DNA of 64,000 bases from Cyanophora paradoxa CCMP329 (taxonomy: Eukaryota > Plantae > Glaucophyta): NCBI GenBank assembly GCA_004431415.1, contig QPMI01000494.1, forward strand, positions 372,001 to 436,000. Direction: 5' to 3'. Each line of letters begins with the position of its first letter. The stretch's first letter is position 1. Below the pieces are notes generated by a model. That model did not search any database. It was not told the DNA's origin and was given only the letters and a program-made list of their open reading frames with translations. Below, in pieces: positions 49,901-58,291 of this stretch. Made by a program: the position numbers and the translations under genes.

Positions 49901-50869
49901 ACCAATCATTTTTGATGCTCGTTCGTACTGACGAGGATCATTCTTGAATGGGAACTCAAACTTATTCCAATTGAACTCATTCTCATACTTCTTGTATCGC
50001 TTTACATCGTATCGGTGTTTATGAGATAGCTCATGTTGATGTAGTCCAATAGTTACCGCCCATGCGAAACATTTATTATCTTTGTTCTGTGGATTAATCA
50101 CAGCTTTACGCTTTTTTATTCCTGGTGGGAGGTCAATATAGGAGCTACCTGCGAGTGGCTGATAAGTAAGAATCTGCAAGCGAACTGTTAAGATGTTTTC
50201 TAGCTTCCAACTATCAGGTGAAGTGAGAACCTCCTGCAATGCATCAATTGATTCATCAACAGTATCAACAATCTCTTGATCATTGACAAGAAGGTAGAAT
50301 GGGGTGGTCCATTGCATGGTTCTTATTTCTCCAGTTGCCACTTTCACATATCTCGCCATGCTGTAGAGGTTATACTTAATACCTCGTCTGTTACGAAGAG
50401 CATCTCGAAAACGATTGTAGAAGGGATCCCAACGAACAACCCTATCGATAAACTCATGGGCAGAAGCGATGTTATCTCTGGTCTGGTTCCTCAAAGTGAC
50501 TTCACTCACGAGATTATTCATAGCCTGCATTACCTCCGCCTCCTCACGTTGTTTCTTCTCATCCTCTCTCTGTTTCTTTGCCTCTTTTGCTATTCTTTCT
50601 CTAACCTTCTGCTTCTCAACATTCTTTGCAGTCCTCTCCGCTCTGGCTTCCTTCTTCTCCTGCTTGCGATACAAACGAGGCTCTACGATACCTCTCAGTG
50701 TATCTCTGATATCAATCAACTTTGGAATTCTAATTGCTTTGAAAGTAAATTCTCTCAAGAAATAGATATCCTGCTCTCGGGTCAATTTGTCTTCTACTTT
50801 TGCTTGCATGTAGTAACCAAGAATCTCATCCTGCAAATTCTTCGAAATTCGATTACTTGGTCGAGGCAT
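46908..50869 (-). CDS. Protein-primed family B DNA polymerase (pPolB), split by four 1-nt frameshifts; ~1321 aa when repaired
   Basis: INPQNKDNKCFAWAV, ExoI ADFEC, EndoVII-like CYIC...VRDHDH...CNTCN, ExoII FHNLKGYDGH, KGHFPYDY, ExoIII YLSTDV, DANNLYGKAM (motif A), KLMNNSVFGK (B), TDTDS (C), KLKGV, C-terminal DTKRY...TLAIGHY. Confidence 0.93.
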
Positions 50870-51101
50870 TTTCACTTTTATATATACTCTATATTTTATT
50901 TCCTTAAGTCATTTTATACTCGCGTCAAATTTTACCGGCAAAACCAAAAGTCTCCAACAAAATTAATTCAGTCGAGGGCATTCATAAAAATAACAAAGGG
51001 TTGGCTCGATCATCGAACTCTAAAAATAACAGAAAGATTTATAGTTTTGCTTCCAGCGCGGTTTCCGCGGGTTCTCAGAGCAATCGCGCTGAGAAAAACG
51101 A

Positions 51102-51365
51102 TTAACAAGCATTAACATACTTTGATGGACGTCCACGGTTGGTATGAGGAACGTCAAATAGATACTTTACATAGAGAATGGTGTTATTTACATATTGAGC
51201 CTTGCATGAAGTCATTATGTGAGCTTGTCTGAATTCTTCATCATTGTTATAGAGTTCGCTCCATTTTGCATTGCGTTTCTCATTAATCCTAGCAAGCGCT
51301 AACATACCCTTTTCTGTTTTACGGTAGCGGTAAGTTGCTTTCTTTTGGGCTTCTGTGATCGTCAT
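51102..51365 (-). CDS. Small basic viral protein (87 aa), unknown function
   Basis: Clean ATG-stop ORF MTITEAQKKATYRYRK... preceded by an ACTTAAAGA...TATATTAA motif like that before pPolB. Confidence 0.6.
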   Translation of the reverse strand: MTITEAQKKATYRYRKTEKGMLALARINEKRNAKWSELYNNDEEFRQAHIMTSCKAQYVNNTILYVKYLFDVPHTNRGRPSKYVNAC

Positions 51366-51717
51366 TCTTGTCCTTTCTACTCTCTTAATATAAGTTAAGA
51401 AATCTTTAAGTAGTTTTTATGTCGTGTATATATTCTTTGTGAGAACCCAATCAATTTTTGGTCCCAATCGCATTGCATCCAGTTCGAAAGAAGATGCTGG
51501 AAAAATGATAAAGCCACCGATACCCAAAAAGGTTCACTTGTCGGATGCAAGTTTCTACCACTGAACCCGGTAGAACGGGTGATTAAAGTGATATCTGTGG
51601 ATAATTCACTTCGCTCTACAACGCCTCCATAAAAATGAAGAAGTTTTGAGCCTACGGGATAAGATTGGTTACGTAGCGCTAACAATGTTCAAGATTTTTT
51701 TAATTCGGAAATGATCC

Positions 51718-52467
51718 TTAACGGCGATAACCAGGTTTAATACCGAGCTTGGCAAACCCTGAGACCATTGGGGCAGCATTTGGAATCGAGTTGACTGGAT
51801 CAGCCTGTGAAGTGGCAACCCGGAGGATTGATTTATTGAGGACCGGCAAATCCGTTTTGTTGGACTCTTGATAATCGATGGTCTTTGCAATCAATTCGGC
51901 TGGTGATTCTTTCACGACATGAACAGGTTCAGGGATGACTTCATGGGTTACTTCTGGTTTCTTCTCCACCTTTTCCTTTGTGATTGGCTGTTCCTTGATC
52001 CTGTTTTCGTTTTTGGTCTCTGCTGCAATGCCATCAACAAGACTCCTAGCATACTGGTATGTCACAGATTTCAGTCCACCAGTGGTTGAACGAATAAAGT
52101 AGCGGTTGCGATGGTCTTTCTCGGAATAGGTTGAGTAGAGTCGCTCACCACCATCAAGCAGTTTCAGCAGTGTTGATGATGAGGCAACCTTGTCCTTTGT
52201 CGATGATTTGAACTGTCCTTTCTTGATTCCTCGTTTGGCTCCAGGCATGCGGTTCAGTGGGACTTGGTCAACCAGGGCATTATCATCATTTGAGTTTGAA
52301 GTAAGCGCAATTGTGTGAGCATTCATGGTCTGGTGAACATTTTTATCGAGATCACCAGTTCCGTATGCTGCGGTTCCTTTCGATTTCTTAAACTGTTTCC
52401 GTTCTGGTTCTGCTTGCTCAACTGGTTTGGCTAAGAAATTCTTTGGCTGGGTCTTTCGAGTTGCCAT
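51718..52467 (-). CDS. Lys-rich viral protein (249 aa), unknown function
   Basis: Uninterrupted ORF directly downstream of mCP in a gene-dense virus; basic composition. Confidence 0.7.
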   Translation of the reverse strand: MATRKTQPKNFLAKPVEQAEPERKQFKKSKGTAAYGTGDLDKNVHQTMNAHTIALTSNSNDDNALVDQVPLNRMPGAKRGIKKGQFKSSTKDKVASSSTLLKLLDGGERLYSTYSEKDHRNRYFIRSTTGGLKSVTYQYARSLVDGIAAETKNENRIKEQPITKEKVEKKPEVTHEVIPEPVHVVKESPAELIAKTIDYQESNKTDLPVLNKSILRVATSQADPVNSIPNAAPMVSGFAKLGIKPGYRR

Positions 52468-52503
52468 TTGTAATATCGAGACAAATTTATTCTACAGTAT
52501 TTC

Positions 52504-53402
52504 CTATGACCGTGAGAACGGCAAGTAGAGTCCCTCCAACTCTTTTATGACATTCTTCAATGCTTTCTTTGTCAGATCTTTATCATCTTCAGTAATCAGT
52601 TCGAGAGTCATCGACCAGTCAGTGGTAATATCCGTTTCAGCACCATTCCAGTATGTGAGACGAACTTTTAGCGTTTCAACTTCCACCAAACCGTTTTGCT
52701 CATGCAGGATCATGGAATTATTCGATGAATCATATTTTAAGAGACTGCCTACCGTTTGATCAATCTCGATTTTTGCGAGGGCTTTATCATCGCTTGTGTT
52801 CTTGCTTACATAGTTGCCTTTGAGTGGGTCAACGTGGAGAAGGATGTAAGAGTTGAACAGAAGATCGAGCGGTATAACACTGTCAATGTAGTAATTATAA
52901 GTATAAGCTCCAACTGTTACAGGTGAATCGAGCAGGGCAGAAGCGTATCCATTTTCAGAACTGTCAGGTCTGCGATCTGGGAAACCAAGGAAGTTCGCTA
53001 AGATCCGACTTCCAAAGGTGAGGGTAAATGTTGCATCGCACATGAACCGTAGAAACATGGTAACAGGATCATATGTAACGTAGAAATGGCGAGTATAGGT
53101 AGTTCCCGCTGCTCCGTACACTTGTGAAGCTAGTTTGGCATTTAGAAGATTCACCAAACTATCCGAAGTATATGTCCCTTTCGAAATAGTGTTACTCTTG
53201 GTCTTAATTACATCCCCAACATCATAGGTTCCTGTAATCAAACTTCCATTCTCGCTAAGATTGTAAATGTTATTGAACATCTCAAAGTTAGTCACTCTGC
53301 AGGCTCTCACATTTTGGATTGCATGGGGAATTTTGTAAGTAAAGTTCGTTGGGTTCCATCATCTCGGTCCCTGGAATCAATATTAAGGTAATGACGCGTC
53401 AT
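52504..53402 (-). CDS. Minor capsid (penton, single jelly-roll) protein with one 1-nt frameshift at ~53352
   Basis: MTRHYLNIDSRDR...; adding one C gives PTNFTYKIPHAIQNVRACRV...NNIYN, FLGF, YILL, and C-terminal LKVRLTYWNG...DWSMTLE, a pattern typical of PLV/NCLDV pentons; 299 aa when repaired. Confidence 0.75.
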
Positions 53403-53454
53403 TCTGTTTAATAAAGCATTTTAAAAATTTCTTTTGGTATTTTAAACATAAGAG

Positions 53455-54681
53455 ATGGCACTCACTGGAACTACCCTTAAGGAACTCCTCGTAACTCCCG
53501 GTTCCGATCAAATTTATCTATCCCCTGGTCTCCAAATCGGAACCAACCCCAAGTACAAACCATTCCTCGAGCAAGTTCGTCCCCGAGGCAATACTTTTGG
53601 CTTTAAGAATACCGCTTACTTTGATCTACCTCGCAAGCAACTCCTTGCTGGTGTTTCGCTCTATTTCAAGATTGCCACTGGTGGTGGTGTAGCCTGCACC
53701 CTCCCCAATGGTGGTTCTTCCTTTATTAATGAGGTCCGCTTTGTTCATGGTGGTTTCAAGTATATCATCCCTGGTGACTGGATAACTGTTAACGCTCTGA
53801 TTGATAATGATCATGCTACCATGAGCAGCATGTATGCTTCTCTTGGTTACTTCAAAGAACTTGATCGTGAAAGCACAGATGAGGCTATGGAATACATTGT
53901 GAAAATTCCCGCTGCTTTCTGGGATGATGCTTACTTCCCACTATGCACACTGGCGGATATGCCAACAATTGAGGTTGATTTCCGTGATGCTGGGATAGTC
54001 AAAGTTCCTGCTGGTGGATCTGTTACATTTGCGGATTGCTCCCTGATCTGTCAATTTGTAAACATCGCTTCGGCTGAGGCTGAGACACTTTTGAAAATGG
54101 CAAATGAACAAGGTGGCATTCGTATTCCGATCACAGAGGTCATCCACAAGAAGACACGAGCGCTCAAAACAGCTGATGCTGGTGAATCGGTTGAGGTGAC
54201 ACTCGCTAATGTTTCTGGTCTGGTTCATTCGATTCTCATGACTGTTCGAGAGGTGAACAAACTCAACACCTACACTCATTCTGATTTCTGTGGTCATGTT
54301 TCGGATGTTAAAATCGATCAGTTCCAGATCTTCCACAACAATCGCTCCCTTGATATCTCTAACAAACCCATTTCCGGTTTCCTCTCCGCTGTCAATCACA
54401 TTCCCTCTCATTACAAGGGTGTTACTGTTGGCAATACCACCTACGGATTCGAGTCTGGAAATGTTTATGGAATTGTTCTTTCCAAGTCCGGAAAAGATTC
54501 GCTTCGGAACTCGGTTATGGGTTACCAGGATTTCTTCAACAGCAGCTCGAGTTACATGGATCTCACTGTTTCGGGATGCACTGATGCTGCTCCTGTTCAG
54601 GTTGATATCTTTTGCTTACGACATAATGTTATGGTCATCAATATCTACACCATCTCTACCCTAAAAGTCTCGAACTTTTAA
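53455..54681 (+). CDS. Major capsid protein (double jelly-roll), 408 aa
   Basis: Size, beta-rich pattern, FG...YFDLPRKQLLAGVSLYF, FINEVRF, VKIPAAFW...FPLCTL...IEVDFR, C-terminal VDIFCLRHNVMVI; lies between mCP and ATPase. Confidence 0.85.
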   Translation: MALTGTTLKELLVTPGSDQIYLSPGLQIGTNPKYKPFLEQVRPRGNTFGFKNTAYFDLPRKQLLAGVSLYFKIATGGGVACTLPNGGSSFINEVRFVHGGFKYIIPGDWITVNALIDNDHATMSSMYASLGYFKELDRESTDEAMEYIVKIPAAFWDDAYFPLCTLADMPTIEVDFRDAGIVKVPAGGSVTFADCSLICQFVNIASAEAETLLKMANEQGGIRIPITEVIHKKTRALKTADAGESVEVTLANVSGLVHSILMTVREVNKLNTYTHSDFCGHVSDVKIDQFQIFHNNRSLDISNKPISGFLSAVNHIPSHYKGVTVGNTTYGFESGNVYGIVLSKSGKDSLRNSVMGYQDFFNSSSSYMDLTVSGCTDAAPVQVDIFCLRHNVMVINIYTISTLKVSNF

Positions 54682-54760
54682 AGTTCTTTTCTTTCGTTAG
54701 AGTAGGAAGCGCAAAATTAGTAGGGTTGGGGTTTATTTTGTTTTTTATCTTATTACTGTA

Positions 54761-55528
54761 ATGGATAACACAGGAATGGATATTGATTTGAATGACATCT
54801 CAGAGTTTGAGCCTGCAAGAACAGTTAAATTAAGCACGCGTTTTTTATTATGTGGACGCAGCAATTCTGGTAAGACAACTTACTGCAAATATCTACTTTA
54901 TGAACTGAGGGATAAGATCGATCAGATTGTAGTCTTTAGTTCTACTGCGTTTACTGGTCAATTCAGAGATATAACGCATCCTGATAATATCTATGAGGAA
55001 TGGGACGATAATGTAGTAGTGAAACTCATTAGCATGCAAAAGAAACGAATCGAAAATAATGCAAAACGCAACAATCTTGTTATTATACTTGATGATATGA
55101 TCGGTTCTTCTTTGGATATGCATAATTCGGCTGTGTTATCTAAATTGATCACTACAGCCCGTCATTATTCGATTACAGTAATTATTAATACTCAACGTTT
55201 ATGTTCAATTTCTACTACGATTCGTCGAAATGTTGAGTTCGTAGTATTTTTCAATATTCTCGGGAATGAGAAGGAGTTTAACTGCGCTTATGATGAGTAT
55301 AATGGTGGTCTTGATAAAAAGACCTACAAGGAATTGCATAGACTGTGGGGTTATAACTACCAAACAGTCATAACTGGATTGCAAGGGTATGATATAAAAG
55401 TATACACAGACCGGGCAATATTAACAGATGATGATATGAAGGGCTTTAAGAAGTTTGTTAAGAGACGAGCGATAAAAAAGAGAGAATCAATAAGAATTAG
55501 TAATGAACCTACGACTATTACGGTTTAG
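54761..55528 (+). CDS. A32/FtsK-HerA-like DNA packaging ATPase
   Basis: Walker A GRSNSGKT, Walker B LVIILDD, and ARHYSITVIINTQ...STTIRRN motif. Confidence 0.93.
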   Translation: MDNTGMDIDLNDISEFEPARTVKLSTRFLLCGRSNSGKTTYCKYLLYELRDKIDQIVVFSSTAFTGQFRDITHPDNIYEEWDDNVVVKLISMQKKRIENNAKRNNLVIILDDMIGSSLDMHNSAVLSKLITTARHYSITVIINTQRLCSISTTIRRNVEFVVFFNILGNEKEFNCAYDEYNGGLDKKTYKELHRLWGYNYQTVITGLQGYDIKVYTDRAILTDDDMKGFKKFVKRRAIKKRESIRISNEPTTITV

Positions 55529-55665
55529 ATAACAAGGAATGTTTGAAACTCATTTCGTGTCCATAGTTTCATTTCATAATCCCATTTTGCTTTTTTCTCT
55601 TTTGCGATTTTTCGATCATTGTAATCACAATCAAAGTAAAACTTCTTAATTGTATTTGTCTCCAT
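55525..55665 (-). CDS. 46-aa single DUF5710-like ORF, paralog of 45537-45899
   Basis: METNTIKKFYFDCDYNDRKIAKEKKAKWDYEMKLWTRNEFQTFLVI*; its upstream ~50 bp is an inverted copy of the 45537 ORF's upstream region. Too short for the supplied ORF track. Confidence 0.65.
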   Translation of the reverse strand: METNTIKKFYFDCDYNDRKIAKEKKAKWDYEMKLWTRNEFQTFLVI

Positions 55666-55717
55666 TTTATTCAGATTATCATATTATTTTTATATGAAAC
55701 AATCAATGAGGAATAAC

Positions 55718-56310
55718 ATCGATAAATAAGATTTAAGATATAACTTCGATTAATTAATTTAAGATATAACTTCGATAAATAAGATTTAAGATATAACTTC
55801 GATTAAATAAAATAGATTGTGACTGAGGCTTACTGAGATTTACTGAGATTGGGGATTGGGTTACTGGGAATCATGCGGATATTGCTTGAAGGGGCAAATT
55901 ATATTGGGGTAATTTTTGGGTGTAATGCATATAACTTCGATTGATTAGATTTTAGATATAACTTCGATTAAATAAAATAGATTGTGACTGAGGCTTACTG
56001 AGATTTAACGTTTTGTTTTGTGTAGTTACTGTGAATGGTTTGTTTTTGTCGAAACGTTTGTGGAATATCGAAAAGTTTAAAGTTTATTCGATTTTATTAC
56101 CATATATAATCTCGTGGGGCAGTATGCCAATGATATAACATCGAATTTTGTTTATGATGCTTACTGAGATTTACTGAGATTGGTGATTGGGTTACTGAGA
56201 ATGGTCTGTTTTGTTGAAATGTTTGTTGAAAACATGAAAAAATGAAAGTTTATTCGATTTTATTACCATATATAATTTCGTGGGGCAGTATGCCCAATTT
56301 ACATTTTTTT
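55718..56310 (-). repeat. Right terminal region: 26-27-bp tandem repeats, internal TIR copy and outer perfect TIR
   Basis: (A/G)ATATAACTTCGAT x5; ~55981-56128 is an inverted copy of ~45302-45460; 56245-56310 is the perfect TIR. Confidence 0.85.
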
Positions 56311-57267
56311 GTGTGCCCTCCCTCGTAATCCGCCCCTGAATTCAACCAAACGAGAACGCCGGATCTTCTCTGCCGGCCATCTGCGTATCTGCGAAAGTGC
56401 AATCAAGGATTTATAATTAACATACTGCGGCGCTAGCTGATCATTCGTGAAAAAGCCGACGAAATCATGTAATAGAACGCTGATCGATGCGCACTTCATG
56501 TACCACTCGCCGCAGTCCTGCAATTTCGCAAACAGATTTCGTGAGCTGTGAGTAAACTGTACATGTGTCTGGGAATGAGAGACGAACTGGGAGGCAGCAA
56601 GCGTCGTTGTGGAAACCGGTCGCAGGGATCGCTGGATGCTCTTCACTTCCAGGGGGCGGCGGCTCGTACCTGGGTCGATATAATTTGTAAGATATCTTGT
56701 GCGGAGATACGCGAGATTTCGCAATCTGCGCGTTAGCGCACTCGAAGAACTGTACCCCGCCGAGGTAAAGGTCGTCCATCGAATACGTAGGTCCCAGGCG
56801 AGCGAGGATTTTATCAAGAATGGCGTGGAGCCCGCTGTCCAGATCAGACGCTGCAGATATCCGATAGATCCCCGGAACTCGCTCAGTTAAACAACATAGC
56901 ACAGAAGGCCATAGGCTCGCCGGGCTGCACACCGTGGGGGTTGAAGGCGGTGCGGTGCTTGTCTCTGAAGAACCTCGTGGTATTCAGGTATTCGACTTCT
57001 TGCGGCGAGAGCAGGTCCCGAAGCAGCTGCGCGCATTCCAATCATTGAATGCACGCGCCACTTGCAATCGGATCGCGAAATTCGACACCCTCGCTTAATT
57101 GCGCCTCACGATGGCAGGTTCGACATACCTCCGGGTAATCAAAGTTGCCCCCATGCGGCTCTGCGGGTGTGTGGACGCCTGCATACTGGCCCTCTGGATC
57201 TGCGATCGCGAGTGTGTGAATTTCACGCGTGTTAAATTAAAGTTGAATTCGAAATGTGTTTGGTGTG

Positions 57268-57305
<38 letters not shown>

Positions 57306-57589
57306 TGGGAGGAAGCTTATAGATTATAAAATGGGTTTGCGTAAATACCGAAAGCTCCAGATTCTGGATCCTTCGCCATTGACAACTGAGTGTATGCGTA
57401 CGCATCGGCCGCGGTGAGGGAAGCGGCGCCGGCTTTGATTTCCGAAGCACATGCGTTTGCTCCAGCGGGCAGCTCCAGCACGTGATTAAGAAGCCCGATG
57501 CAGATGATTGCGAAGATGATTGATATTGACGTTTGTATATTCGAGCATTTGCAATTGACATCTTCAGCGCTCGAGTTCGTGCCCGTCAT
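56311..57589 (-). CDS. 5' part of the interrupted P4H-like 2OG-Fe(II) oxygenase gene (type II membrane anchor plus most of domain 1)
   Basis: ISIIFAIICIGLL TM segment; LLRDLLSPQEVEYL; ILARLGPTYSMDDLY; TGFHNDACC (HxD); exon YADGRQRRSGVLVWLNSGADYEGGH running into the TSD. Start codon approximate. Confidence 0.8.
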
Positions 57590-58058
57590 GTATGTATGTA
57601 AAACTTTCGTTCCACTGTCGCGTGTGTGAATCTTGCTATAGCTATAGCTATGACCAGGAATGCGCATCTATACTACATATGATATATGCTGGCGCCCGTC
57701 GTGAGAACGTTAGCCCTTGAGGGGCCGATCGCGAACTGCGGCGGGGCGCGCGCGGCGCTGTGACCTGGGGGCTGGGGCCCGTGGCGCACAGCTGCAGATC
57801 TATATCTATTCGATGACAATACTATGATAGAACTACGCACTGCGGCAATGACGCCGCCGGGACTCTACGGCCCGGGAGGCCGGAAGACCGTCGACGTCGG
57901 ACTGGGCGGGCCGGCGCTGGCGCCGGTACGGCCCGGGACTCGGGCCGGGAGGCGCGGCCGGCGCCGGCGACTCGGCGGCGAGACTGGGGTACCGGTAGCC
58001 TAGTAGTATCGCCAGTACGCAGCACTGCGGCACGAAGCCTACTACCGTAGTACTACTA

Positions 58059-58291
58059 CTGTAGGAATGCTTAAATTGTTAAATTGCCGCGTAGTTAAAT
58101 TGCCGAATTCGACCAAAACCGGAATTGCCGTGGCGATAAATTGCCGATACTCTGGATTTTTTCTATGGCGTCATACAAAAGCGGCCGTTTAGCCCTACCC
58201 CCTGAGAATTGCCGTGGCTTAAAATTGCCGAATTCGGCCTCTCGGCAATATACGGCAATTTGAAACATTGGCTAAAAAAGCATTCCTACAG
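58059..58291. mobile_element. TA-targeting MITE, 233 bp
   Basis: TA|CTGTAGGAATGCTT ... AAGCATTCCTACAG|TA perfect 14-bp TIR; internal AATTGCCG repeats. Confidence 0.75.

Larger units (their letters stand above)
45285..56310. mobile_element. Maverick/Polinton-like endogenous DNA virus, 11,026 bp
   Basis: Abrupt AT-rich intronless block; perfect 66-bp TIRs (45285-45350 / 56245-56310); 6-bp TSD GTGTGC (45279-45284, 56311-56316); encodes rve integrase, pPolB, mCP, MCP and packaging ATPase. Confidence 0.95.

Noticed and set aside
50276-51115. 279-aa plus-strand ORF in the virus
   Set aside because: Antisense to the pPolB N-terminus, non-ATG start, Leu/Phe-rich mirror of a Lys/Glu-rich sense frame.
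51395-51685. 96-aa minus-strand ORF
   Set aside because: Starts at TTG, no recognisable motif; not called as a gene.
55735-55970. ATAACTTCG repeats resembling a loxP arm
   Set aside because: Only 9 nt match, direct rather than inverted orientation, and no tyrosine recombinase in the element.
45285-56310. Contaminant or bacteriophage contig chimera
   Set aside because: Exact TSD, and flanks that rejoin into one in-frame host exon, show a genuine integration; gene content is eukaryotic-virus type.
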